NCBI GenBank assembly: GCA_000146465.1
Contig: CP001951.1
Reading direction: 5' to 3' (one strand)
DNA length: 64,000 nt
Shown here: in pieces, positions 9,541-18,993 of the stretch
How the letters are laid out: every line of letters starts with the position of its first letter
How positions within the stretch are numbered: position 1 is the first letter of the stretch
Translations under genes and position numbers: made by a program
The notes under the pieces: generated by a model
Seen by the model: only the letters and a program-made list of their open reading frames with translations
Databases searched by the model: none
What the model was told of the DNA's origin: nothing

Positions 9541-10464
9541 ATGGAAGGAATCAGGTTTGCTGATGTGCTACAATCCTTTGAAAAGAAAACAGAAGATGGC
9601 GAATATGTGAGTGTGGAAAGAGATTACAACGAAAGAAAGGTGATAGAAAACGATGTCAAGCGCACAGAGCTGCTGGGTGTGGACAAGAGGAATCAGGAGG
9701 CAATTAAGATTCTGAAGAGGCTGCTTTTTGTGGAGCTAGACAAGATTCCAGTTAAGTACACACAGGGGATGAGTGAGGTTGCGTCTGTGTTTGTCCTCTA
9801 CTACTTTCAGGAAATTGTTGAGGAAGAAGTGGCCAAGGGAATGTTTATCGCCGAGCGGGAAGAGAAGCCTGAGGGAGAAGCTTCGACGGCGGAAGGCTTT
9901 TCGGAGCATTTTATTGAGCTACCTGAAGAGGAAACCACAGAGCTTAAGAAATTTCTTTCAAGGCACAAGGACATAATAGCCAAGCTTGGGGTGGTGCTTA
10001 CAAACGTGTTCAAAAGAAAGCTGGAGCCATTAGTTGCAAACGACTTCAAGCTGTACAAGGAGAATATGAAGATATTTGTGGAGATGATGAAGAAGCGGGG
10101 AGTGAAGATTCCAGAGCTGGAAAGCTACAAGTTCATGGGATCTATTCTGACGTTTTTCTTAAGAAACCTGACGAAGATGGAGGATGTCCACAAGGTGTTT
10201 GAAATAATCTTGTCATGTCCCAACACCTGCCCGTTTCTTTTGTTAGTACTTTTTTATGGCCAGATCTCGAGTGGCAAGGCTATAGAGAGTATAAATAACA
10301 AGCTGTTCCCGAAGGTGGTTAAGCTTGAGGAAGAGTTTATTGAGACTCGGAAAAGAATCGAAAGCAAGGAGGTTTGCCCTTCAAAAAGGAAAATCATGCT
10401 GATAGGCGGAGTTATTAGTATAATCACCGCGGTTGTTGTGTATAAGATAACAAGAAAGGAATAA
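9541..10464 (+). CDS. TBC-domain Rab GTPase-activating protein with C-terminal TM anchor (TBC1D20/Gyp8-like)
   Basis: Arg-finger DVKRTE and Gln-finger YTQGMSEV motifs; C-terminal hydrophobic anchor. Track start 9535 is TTG; first ATG is at 9541. Confidence 0.5.
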   Translation: MEGIRFADVLQSFEKKTEDGEYVSVERDYNERKVIENDVKRTELLGVDKRNQEAIKILKRLLFVELDKIPVKYTQGMSEVASVFVLYYFQEIVEEEVAKGMFIAEREEKPEGEASTAEGFSEHFIELPEEETTELKKFLSRHKDIIAKLGVVLTNVFKRKLEPLVANDFKLYKENMKIFVEMMKKRGVKIPELESYKFMGSILTFFLRNLTKMEDVHKVFEIILSCPNTCPFLLLVLFYGQISSGKAIESINNKLFPKVVKLEEEFIETRKRIESKEVCPSKRKIMLIGGVISIITAVVVYKITRKE

Positions 10465-10512
10465 AGCCTTTTTCTCAAGTGCTGTTTGTCTTATAAACAA
10501 AAGAATTTTGTA

Positions 10513-10957
10513 TGTATCAAGCCATGGCGGGTAGACAAAAATCAAATCAAGTTGACACCATTATTTAATCCCAAGAGTCTTGTCAATCTCCTCTGCAAAG
10601 TACTTCTCCACAAGCGCCCTTTTCTTCTTCGCTGTCGGCGTAAGCAGATCCGCGCCCTCAAAACTCTCAAACCCACGCCGCAGCACAACAACCTTCGACG
10701 GAATCTCAAGCCTCGTGATCCTCCTCTGCTTCACCAGCTTCTCTCCAACCTCCCGCAGGTGCTCCATAATCTCCTTCTCACTCCTCTTCTCGTCAGGACA
10801 CACAACAATCGCAATTATCCTCTCGCTCTCAGACCTCCGTGGAATAAACACATCCTGTATAATGTCTCCGTCAATGTACAGCGTCTCAAGCTTCTCAGGG
10901 TCAATGTACTCCCCCTGTGCAGTCTTGAATCCATCCTTCAGATGCCCAATCCCAGAA
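10513..10957. repeat. left arm of ~440-bp inverted repeat (copy of ACSL 3' end + 45 bp 3' flank)
   Basis: Reverse complement of 10513..10957 matches 14470..14909 with about 3 mismatches. Confidence 0.85.
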
Positions 10958-12651
10958 ATCACCTTACTTATAGATATAGCCAAAATATCATCCGCATAGC
11001 TGCTCTTCCATTCAAGTATAACCTCCTGTCCAGACAGCTTGACATGGATGTTTCCAATCATAAGCCCAGACTCCACCTCAACAAGCTCCTCAAACCCATC
11101 CATAAGCACTTGCTTCAACAATACCCCTGTCGAGTTGTATGGGATCCTTTGCCTCTCGTATATGCTCATCTCCTTGTATTTAGATTCCATCAAATCGTCT
11201 CTCTTGTATATCCTAATGTCGTTCTCTGTCCCTACGATAATCCCCTCAAATTCCCCCTCAGCATTGGTAAATATTTTAGCCTCATTATCCTTGACTAGAT
11301 CAAATCCTGCCTCTTCTCCATTCCGTAGAGTATAAAGCTCCATCTCAATCCCTTTCTTTTCGTTTCTCTGCTGAATCACATTCCTGAGTCTCTGCATCTC
11401 ATTCATCTCTCCATGCACAAAGAAGAGGTGCCGAGGTTGGCATTCTTCAATGAACTGGCTATTTTGTGTAAAATCCACATGCGCACTGAATGAGATGTAT
11501 TCCACCGACATGTTAAGCCGAAGCCTCTTTCCATTCAACGCCTCTATCTCCTTGGGCTCGCTGAGTATCTCCTTTGCAAGTGTTCCGTCTACACAGTATC
11601 CAGGTATTATCACGGCATTCTTACTGTCCGAACACCATCGCTCAAAGAGATCTCTTGAAAGCCCGCTCTGCAGCATTCCCGGGCTGGCCATGATCACACA
11701 TGGACCCTCATCATCAAAAGAGTCTATTCCCTTCAGATTCTTGACATATTTGAATGCAAACGGGTTTCGGACCAAGCTTAGTTTTTGAATCCTCTCGTTC
11801 ATCATTCCTATGTAGGTCTGATATACCCCCATACACCTTTTTGCCAATGCAGATGCATAGTAGATTGGGATCTTCTGCAGAGAAGCATTTGAGCTCCAAT
11901 GTTCCTCAAGAATAAGAAGAAGCTCCTGTGCCCTTCCAAGAGCAAACACCGGAAGTAGACATCTCCCCCCTCTTTGAACAACATTCTGAACAATGCTTGT
12001 AAATCGGCCCTCCCTCTCTGATCTCGGAAGATGGCATTGCACTCCATATGTCGATTCCGTTATAAGTGCATCGATTTTGCATCCAGGAGACTCTGCAGCC
12101 TTAAGATGTCTGTCTTCTTCCCTACTGAAATCCCCGGTATAAAGAATCTTGCTCTTCTCTATTTCAACCAAAAACATGGCTGCCCCTAGTACATGCCCTG
12201 CATTCAATGCCTTAACCTTAATCCCCTTCACATTGACTTCTTGATGGTAATCGATAGGTATGATTCTGTCGTAGCATTTAACCAGGTCTGTTTCGGTGTA
12301 GAAGTCTGCATCCGATGCTGCATTGATCAGCCGGATATAATCGTTCAGAAGCCATTTAAGAATGGCCTTTGTAGGATGTGTCATATAAACCTTTCCTTTG
12401 AAGCTTGTCTTTTCCGTTAGAAACGGCAGTGCCGCTGCATGGTCTAGGTGGAAGTGTGTAACAAATATGGCATCGATCTTCGAAAGATCTACAAGATCCA
12501 GAAAAGGAAGGGATGCCACGCCGGTGTATGCCGGATGAACCCCGCAGTCCAGCATTATAGTCCTGCCCCCACACTCGACAATAACGCATGATCTTCCAAC
12601 TTCGTTTCCTGCCCCAAGAGGCATCACTTTTATCTTCTCGCTAGAGAACAT
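10561..12651 (-). CDS. YSH1: cleavage and polyadenylation specificity factor 73 kDa (CPSF73/Ysh1; MBL + beta-CASP) with chimeric C-terminal 126 aa copied from acyl-CoA synthetase
   Basis: HFHLDHAAALP metallo-beta-lactamase motif; beta-CASP and HGE motifs. The last 126 codons are identical to the end of ORF 12799..14868 apart from 2 substitutions. Confidence 0.8.
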   Translation of the reverse strand: MFSSEKIKVMPLGAGNEVGRSCVIVECGGRTIMLDCGVHPAYTGVASLPFLDLVDLSKIDAIFVTHFHLDHAAALPFLTEKTSFKGKVYMTHPTKAILKWLLNDYIRLINAASDADFYTETDLVKCYDRIIPIDYHQEVNVKGIKVKALNAGHVLGAAMFLVEIEKSKILYTGDFSREEDRHLKAAESPGCKIDALITESTYGVQCHLPRSEREGRFTSIVQNVVQRGGRCLLPVFALGRAQELLLILEEHWSSNASLQKIPIYYASALAKRCMGVYQTYIGMMNERIQKLSLVRNPFAFKYVKNLKGIDSFDDEGPCVIMASPGMLQSGLSRDLFERWCSDSKNAVIIPGYCVDGTLAKEILSEPKEIEALNGKRLRLNMSVEYISFSAHVDFTQNSQFIEECQPRHLFFVHGEMNEMQRLRNVIQQRNEKKGIEMELYTLRNGEEAGFDLVKDNEAKIFTNAEGEFEGIIVGTENDIRIYKRDDLMESKYKEMSIYERQRIPYNSTGVLLKQVLMDGFEELVEVESGLMIGNIHVKLSGQEVILEWKSSYADDILAISISKVISGIGHLKDGFKTAQGEYIDPEKLETLYIDGDIIQDVFIPRRSESERIIAIVVCPDEKRSEKEIMEHLREVGEKLVKQRRITRLEIPSKVVVLRRGFESFEGADLLTPTAKKKRALVEKYFAEEIDKTLGIK

Positions 12652-12798
12652 TCTAGGGCGATCAGAGCAAGTTGAATTTCTTGCAACTGGTTTCTTTCAG
12701 AATAAAAGATAAATGTAGAAGTCTATTCATATTAATGAATAGTATTACTATAAGCAGTAAATTGGAAACTATATAATAATAAATGTTATACAATTAGG

Positions 12799-14868
12799 AT
12801 GGGAACAATCAGGTTTATATCTATAATCTCTTTTCTTAGTGATATGATGATTTGGTGCATTGATGGACCTGGTAAAGAAGCCAAGGATAATCTTAAGGCT
12901 CCTCTATTGACAAGTGATAATAAGCCCAATGATTTTAAGGCATCACCTATTCCATGTAGTGAAAGTACCGTTAGAATGTCTCGTTTCAAGGATATGATGA
13001 ACAGAATAAGGATTATGGAAGATGGATCTGTGCAACACGTCAACTTCCAGAGAGATGTTGTGTGTACCCCAGACGGCTCAAAAACCATCCTCGAGCTCCT
13101 TCTCTCGCGCTGTGCAACAATGGGCAACGAGCCCTTCCTCGGCACAATCGTCGGCAACAAGGTCAAGTACAAGACTGCAAACGACATCCGCAGAGAGGCA
13201 GAGGGCCTTGCCTCGTTCCTGGCACAGACCACAAGCCCCGGAGACATGGTGGGCATCTACTCTGTCAACAGATACGAGTGGATAGTTGCCGAGATGGCAA
13301 CTTACATGTGCGGATGCACCAATGTCCCCCTGTACTCCATGTTCTCGCCCGAGAACGTCCAGATGATTCTGAAGGAGACGGGGATGAAGGTGTGTGTTGC
13401 GTCTCGGGAAAAGGCCGAGCAGCTGGTTGAGACTGTGCTGGAGGGCAGGGAGACGATGCTCGAGCACATTGTGCTGATGGACAAGGCGCCCGAGCTGGTG
13501 GCGAGGCTTGAGAATGCCGGGCTGCGGGGACATTACCTCAAGGAAGTGATTTCTCATCGGGGAGGGATAACCAAGGAAAGGTACTCGAAGGGGGAGGATC
13601 TTGCAACGATATGCTATACAAGCGGGACATCTGGGTGTCCCAAGGGGGTGATGCTGACACACCGGAACTTTATCTCTGGGGTTTCTGGGATATTCCGTGG
13701 GTCTCGGAAGGAAGAGATGGTGTCTCTTGACAAGGAGGATGTGTATCTGTCGTACCTGCCGCTAGCACATGTGATGGAGAGGATATGTGTCAACATCTCG
13801 ATGGCATATGGGTGCAAGATAGTGTTCTACAGGGGGAACATGAAGGAGATCAAGGAGGACTATCTTGTGGCGAAGCCGACATTTATTATTTCTGTGCCGC
13901 GGGTGCTGAATCTGTTCAAGGACAAGATTGAGGAGAAGGTGAGGCAGAAGAACTTTGTGCTGCGATGGATTTTCCGGGGGGCCCTCCGGTACAAGATGTG
14001 GAGAGTGGGGCGAGGAGAGCTGAAGAGCAAGTTTGCAGACTGGCTTGTGTTCAACAGGATTGCAAAGGAGTTTGGAGGGCGGATTTCGCGGATTCTGTGT
14101 GGGTCTGCACCTCTTCGGAAGGAAGTTCTGGTGTACATGCAGGCTGTGCTCTCGTGCCGGATTATCCAAGGATATGGGCAGACGGAGAATGTAGGGTCGG
14201 GGATTGTGCAGCCGCTGGACACGAACCTGTACGACAATGTTGGGATTCCCTTTCCGTCGAACGAGGTGAAGCTTGGAGAGATACCAGCGGAGCTTGGGAG
14301 CGAGTATGGGCGCCGGTATCCTGGAAGGAAGTTTGGAGAGATTCTGTTGCGCGGGGACAATGTGACGCAGGGGTACTTCAAGAGGCCTGAGGAGACGGCG
14401 GAGCTGTTTACTAAGGACGGGTGGCTCCGGACGGGGGACATTGGGATGTTTGATGTGTCGACGGGGATGTTTTCTGTGATTGGGCGTCTGAAGGATGGAT
14501 TCAAGACTGCACAGGGGGAGTACATTGACCCTGAGAAGCTTGAGACGCTGTACATTGACGGAGACATTATACAGGATGTGTTTATTCCACGGAGGTCTGA
14601 GAGCGAGAGGATAATTGCGATTGTTGTGTGTCCTGACGAGAAGAAGAGTGAGAAGGAGATTATGGAGCACCTGCGGGAGGTTGGAGAGAAGCTGGTGAAG
14701 CAGAGGAGGATCACGAGGCTTGAGATTCCGTCGAAGGTTATTGTGCTGCGGCGTGGGTTTGAGAGTTTTGAGGGCGCGGATCTGCTTACGCCGACAGCGA
14801 AGAAGAAAAGGGCGCTTGTGGAGAAGTACTTTGCAGAGGAGATTGACAAGACTCTTGGGATTAAATAA
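12799..14868 (+). CDS. long-chain fatty-acid-CoA ligase (acyl-CoA synthetase, AMP-binding family)
   Basis: AMP-binding motifs YTSGTSGCPKGV, GYGQTEN, GWLRTGDIG. The first ~85 codons are AT-rich and hydrophobic. The remainder is GC-rich with CGN/GGG codons. Confidence 0.85.
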   Translation: MGTIRFISIISFLSDMMIWCIDGPGKEAKDNLKAPLLTSDNKPNDFKASPIPCSESTVRMSRFKDMMNRIRIMEDGSVQHVNFQRDVVCTPDGSKTILELLLSRCATMGNEPFLGTIVGNKVKYKTANDIRREAEGLASFLAQTTSPGDMVGIYSVNRYEWIVAEMATYMCGCTNVPLYSMFSPENVQMILKETGMKVCVASREKAEQLVETVLEGRETMLEHIVLMDKAPELVARLENAGLRGHYLKEVISHRGGITKERYSKGEDLATICYTSGTSGCPKGVMLTHRNFISGVSGIFRGSRKEEMVSLDKEDVYLSYLPLAHVMERICVNISMAYGCKIVFYRGNMKEIKEDYLVAKPTFIISVPRVLNLFKDKIEEKVRQKNFVLRWIFRGALRYKMWRVGRGELKSKFADWLVFNRIAKEFGGRISRILCGSAPLRKEVLVYMQAVLSCRIIQGYGQTENVGSGIVQPLDTNLYDNVGIPFPSNEVKLGEIPAELGSEYGRRYPGRKFGEILLRGDNVTQGYFKRPEETAELFTKDGWLRTGDIGMFDVSTGMFSVIGRLKDGFKTAQGEYIDPEKLETLYIDGDIIQDVFIPRRSESERIIAIVVCPDEKKSEKEIMEHLREVGEKLVKQRRITRLEIPSKVIVLRRGFESFEGADLLTPTAKKKRALVEKYFAEEIDKTLGIK

Positions 14869-14909
14869 TGGTGTCAACTTGATTTGATTTTTGTCTACCC
14901 GCCATGGCT
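14470..14909. repeat. right arm of inverted repeat (native ACSL 3' end)
   Basis: See left arm. The repeat spans the last 126 codons, the stop codon and ~45 bp downstream. Confidence 0.85.
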
Positions 14910-14941
14910 CTGATAATTTTTGTCTACCTTAAAACCCTGAA

Positions 14942-17248
14942 ATGGAAAATTCGTTGAATAGCAAAAGAGTCAAATCGGAGAAGCTTAAAATAGATATGGT
15001 CCGAGGCCAAATAGAAGAATACACCAATCTTCTCAAGCTCCAACATGTAAATGTCGATGAGCTGATGGAAAAGATAGCGTCTGGATGGTGCGAAGACATG
15101 ACCAGAAAGGAAATTGTAGATTACTGTAGTGAAACCGCAGCCTCGATGATCACCAAACATCCTGAGTATGGATGGATCTCGTCCCGAATCATTGTCTCAT
15201 ATATCCACGATATCACCATGGATTCTTTTGTTGAAAAGATCAAATACATACAAAAGTACCAGGGAACGATTTCTGAAGAGATGTACAAGATAATAGTGGA
15301 GAATGCAGAAATAATTGATTCGATTATAGACTACGAAAAAGATTTCCTTTTCAACTACTTTGGAATACTTACCTTGATGAAATCTTATCTGATAAAGGTG
15401 GGGGAGGAGATTGTTGAAAGACCCCAGGATGTATTTATGAGGACAGCCCTTCAAGTCCATAAGTCTGACTTTGGGAAGGTCAAGGAGACATATGAAATGC
15501 TGTCAAGACACTACTTTACCCATGCAACACCGACCTTGTACAATTCATGTCTCAAGGAAGCACAATTGGCCAGCTGTTTTCTCATAACACCTCGGGAAGA
15601 TTCGATTGAGGGGGTATACCACATGATCAACCAAACGGCAATTATAACTAAGTACTCTGGGGGCATAGGACTCAATCTTCATGGGATTAGGTCGAAGGGA
15701 AGCCCTCTGAAAAGAACTGGGGGAAAGAGTAATGGAATCATTCCGCTGATCCAGGTTTTGAATGCCACAAAGAGATACATCAATCAGGGTGCCGAAAGAA
15801 GACCCGGGTCGATAGCCATTTATCTTGAGCCTTGGCATATGGAGATATTTGACTTTCTGGACCTTAGGAAGAACACAGGCCCTGAGGAATTCCGGGCAAG
15901 GGACATCTTCATTGCACTATGGATCAACGATCTATTTATGGAAAGGGTCAAGAACAATGAGGAATGGTCGTTGTTTTGCCCTAGCCAGGCTGTTGGGCTG
16001 AATGAGACATGGGGAGAGGAGTTCAATGCCTTGTACTGCAAGTACGAGAAGACAATCAGCAGGACGGTGGTTCCTGCGCAAAAGTTGTGGAAGGCCATAA
16101 TCGAGGCGCAGATCGAAACCGGAACACCTTACATGTGTTATAAGGATGCATGCAACAGACTTAGCAATCAGCAGCATCTTGGAACTATTAAATCATCGAA
16201 CCTTTGTGCAGAGATAGTTGAATATTCCTCTGGAGAAGAGACCTCGGTGTGTAATCTTGGATCTATTTCTCTTCCTATGTTTGTCAAGAACAAGAAGTTT
16301 GACTTTGAATCTCTTAAAGACGTGGTCCGGATACTTACAATCAACCTCAACAAGGTGATCGACTTCAACTACTATCCTGTGGAAGAGTCCAAGAGATCGA
16401 ATATGAAGCACCGGCCGATCGGAATAGGAGTGCAGGGTCTAGCAGATTTGTTTGCAATTCTAAGGCTTCCGTTTGATAGCGATGAGGCCCGTAATCTGAA
16501 CAAAGACATCTTTGAGACGATGTACTATTCGGCACTGGAGACCTCGTGCAAGTTGGCCGAGAAAGAGGGGCCGTTTGAGTCATATGAAGGATCTCCCATA
16601 AGTAAAGGGATCTTTCACTTTGAGCTGGCAGGCAAGAAGGCTTCCAACAACTGGGACTGGGAAGGGCTTCGGGAAAGAATTAAGAAGTATGGAACCCGGA
16701 ATAGCCTTCTGATTGCGCTAATGCCGACTGCAGGAACGTCGCAGATCTTTGGAAACAACGAGACATTTGAGCCGTTCATATCGAACATATATACCAGGAG
16801 AACACATGCTGGGGAATTTCAGATTGTTAATAAACATCTGATTAACGATCTTTCCGAGCTGGGGCTGTGGTCATATGAGATGAAGAACCTGATTATTGAA
16901 AACGAAGGATCTATCCAGAACATCACAACGATTCCAAAAAAGATCAGAGACATATACAAGACAGCATGGGAAATAAAGATGAAGGCTGTGATAGACCTGG
17001 CGGCGGATAGACAGGTGTTTGTTGACCAATCGCAGTCTTTGAACGTCTTTGTGGCAAAGCCGACCTACTCACAGCTCACATCGATGCACTTCTACGGATA
17101 TCATTGCGGTCTGAAGACGGGAATGTACTATTTGAGAACAAGGCCGATAACATCTGCAATCAAGTTTACAGTGGACAAGAAGCTTGCAGAGAAAACCTTA
17201 TCCTCCATGAATGATACGGACGAGCCCTGTTCGATGTGCTCCTCTTGA
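14942..17248 (+). CDS. RNR1: ribonucleoside-diphosphate reductase large subunit (R1)
   Basis: N-terminal ATP-cone; catalytic motifs SNLCAEI, PTAGTSQI; C-terminal CSMC redox tail. Confidence 0.9.
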   Translation: MENSLNSKRVKSEKLKIDMVRGQIEEYTNLLKLQHVNVDELMEKIASGWCEDMTRKEIVDYCSETAASMITKHPEYGWISSRIIVSYIHDITMDSFVEKIKYIQKYQGTISEEMYKIIVENAEIIDSIIDYEKDFLFNYFGILTLMKSYLIKVGEEIVERPQDVFMRTALQVHKSDFGKVKETYEMLSRHYFTHATPTLYNSCLKEAQLASCFLITPREDSIEGVYHMINQTAIITKYSGGIGLNLHGIRSKGSPLKRTGGKSNGIIPLIQVLNATKRYINQGAERRPGSIAIYLEPWHMEIFDFLDLRKNTGPEEFRARDIFIALWINDLFMERVKNNEEWSLFCPSQAVGLNETWGEEFNALYCKYEKTISRTVVPAQKLWKAIIEAQIETGTPYMCYKDACNRLSNQQHLGTIKSSNLCAEIVEYSSGEETSVCNLGSISLPMFVKNKKFDFESLKDVVRILTINLNKVIDFNYYPVEESKRSNMKHRPIGIGVQGLADLFAILRLPFDSDEARNLNKDIFETMYYSALETSCKLAEKEGPFESYEGSPISKGIFHFELAGKKASNNWDWEGLRERIKKYGTRNSLLIALMPTAGTSQIFGNNETFEPFISNIYTRRTHAGEFQIVNKHLINDLSELGLWSYEMKNLIIENEGSIQNITTIPKKIRDIYKTAWEIKMKAVIDLAADRQVFVDQSQSLNVFVAKPTYSQLTSMHFYGYHCGLKTGMYYLRTRPITSAIKFTVDKKLAEKTLSSMNDTDEPCSMCSS

Positions 17249-17337
17249 TTAAACTTCGTTGCTTTCTTTTCAGCCTTGTTTTTCTGTTTGAACGCCGTAC
17301 CTCCAGCAGATGTATTGAGGAGCTTTAAAACCCATAG

Positions 17338-18921
17338 ATGAACTTTTTCAAGGAAGGAGAGAGACTGAAGGCAATCTTCGACGACCTGGTGAAGCAGCAC
17401 AAAAAGAGTAAGAGGAAGGTTGTTGATAACAAGAACGTGAGCAAGGAGATGCTACAGACATATGAAGAGAACAGGATGAAGCTGATGCATTTTTTCGAGA
17501 TGCACTCGAGATTTATTAGGCCAAGGAAGAACAGTATTGGAATCTTTTCTGTGGATGACTTTGTCAAAGTCAAAACCTCGGAATCGATGATGTTTCCCAA
17601 AAAGGAAGATTTTAGGAGGGAAGGGAGACCAGGAATGCCATTTTCTGTTGGAAGGCCTATGCAGTGGGGAGGAATGAATGGGAGAGAGCCTTTTTACATT
17701 CAGGATAGGATTCCCACACAAGGATGGAAGGGGTGTGGTCGGGATGGAAAGCCGATGTGGATGGGGTTTGGAGGGTACCCGGGGGCTCCTGGGCAGGAAA
17801 GCATATTACGAGGCTGGGGTCCTATGAACTTCCTGCATCAGAATAGCAGAGGGTTTTTTGGGGCCGGGTCATATGAAATGGAAGGTGGGAGTTTTGAAGG
17901 AGAACATGGTAGCTATGGATATGGAATTCGGATGGCACCGGGGCCAGGAGTTAGAAGACGGTTTGATATTGGAGGAGGGGGCCCAAGTGATGGGTACGGT
18001 ATGTTTCCTAAGAGAAGACCACCTGACATGGACTCCAAGACAGCAGAAGTATCTAAAATGGGTTTTCCACATGAGAGAGAGGAAATAGGAAGGAATGGAG
18101 TTCCACCATCGATGAGTTGGACGGGTAGTAGGAGGCCATACATCCCTACGGAAAGGAGAGAGGAAATGATAAGGCCTCCCTTCTACTATCCGATTTTAGG
18201 GGGATACGGCTATCCTGTCCATGGAAATGGTACGTTTCCTGGTGTTCCAGTGGAAGAGACCTTTGCAACAGCATGCTCGATATATCCAGAAACATCCAGG
18301 AAAGAACAACACTTTGTAAAATACCCACAAAGCTTTCCAGGTAGTGATGTGATAGACTGGATGCCGGAGAAGAAAAGTTCTAAGACGAAGACACCAAAGG
18401 AAACGAAAGTGCCAACCTCTCCAAAAGAAAACGAAAGCTCTATTTCAGGGAAAGAGGATCCCTGGAGGCTAGACATAACAACAGACTTAGAGAAAAGAAA
18501 GTTGTGTGATGAAGATCAGGGCAGAGACGAGAATAAGGAAAAGGCTTCTTTCGCAGACTTCCCAGATGGCAAGAACAACTCCCATGGGGAACTTTCCACA
18601 AACCACGGGAAGGATCTGAATATAATGACCATAGAGGATCTAATTGGAGACAAGACGATTGACAAGGATGCAAAAGAGTTCATCTATGAACTTTGCGATG
18701 GATTTGTCGATCATATTATCCATATGTCATGTGCATTGGCTTACCACAGGAAAAAAAATACTGTGGAGGTCTGTGATGTCAAATTAGCATTGAAAACAGA
18801 GGTTGGGATCGAGCTCCCCTCGGATGGGGATTCGGAAGAGGAGTCTTCCTTAAGTCCCGGAAGAGAAGTGAAGGTTGTAAGAAATGAAGAGAAACAGCCC
18901 CGGATGGCCAAAAAAGACTAG
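17338..18921 (+). CDS. TAF12: histone-fold protein, TAF12-like (possibly Ada1-like), with ~400-aa Gly/aromatic/Pro/Met-rich low-complexity N-terminal region
   Basis: C-terminal histone fold: EDLIGDKTIDKDAKEFIYELCDGFVDHIIHMSCALAYHRKKNTVEVCDVKLALK. Confidence 0.45.
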   Translation: MNFFKEGERLKAIFDDLVKQHKKSKRKVVDNKNVSKEMLQTYEENRMKLMHFFEMHSRFIRPRKNSIGIFSVDDFVKVKTSESMMFPKKEDFRREGRPGMPFSVGRPMQWGGMNGREPFYIQDRIPTQGWKGCGRDGKPMWMGFGGYPGAPGQESILRGWGPMNFLHQNSRGFFGAGSYEMEGGSFEGEHGSYGYGIRMAPGPGVRRRFDIGGGGPSDGYGMFPKRRPPDMDSKTAEVSKMGFPHEREEIGRNGVPPSMSWTGSRRPYIPTERREEMIRPPFYYPILGGYGYPVHGNGTFPGVPVEETFATACSIYPETSRKEQHFVKYPQSFPGSDVIDWMPEKKSSKTKTPKETKVPTSPKENESSISGKEDPWRLDITTDLEKRKLCDEDQGRDENKEKASFADFPDGKNNSHGELSTNHGKDLNIMTIEDLIGDKTIDKDAKEFIYELCDGFVDHIIHMSCALAYHRKKNTVEVCDVKLALKTEVGIELPSDGDSEEESSLSPGREVKVVRNEEKQPRMAKKD

Positions 18922-18993
18922 GAGAGACGAAGTCTTTCTTTTGGGAGAAGGTATGTTTTGTTTCTAAAAAGTTTTAACCCTCTATTTCTGGAG

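Noticed and set aside
12700-12760. TATTCAT-atta-ATGAATA palindrome in the AT-rich CPSF73 / ACSL divergent promoter
   Set aside because: Short (7-bp arms) and in the most AT-rich stretch of the window, so expected by chance.
13762-14877. 371-aa and 329-aa antisense ORFs inside the acyl-CoA synthetase gene, plus their mirror copies 10486..11298 and 10580..10999 inside the CPSF73 tail
   Set aside because: Products are Pro/Leu/Arg-rich low complexity. They exist because of the strong G-richness of the ACSL sense strand, and are duplicated only because they lie in the inverted repeat.
14869-14941. Whether the RNR1, Pol epsilon, Pol B-subunit, GINS, ORC2 and XPA genes form a replication/repair cluster
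   Set aside because: They are interspersed with unrelated genes on both strands over 45 kb. Eukaryotic genomes do not organise such genes in operons. Most likely coincidental in a small genome.
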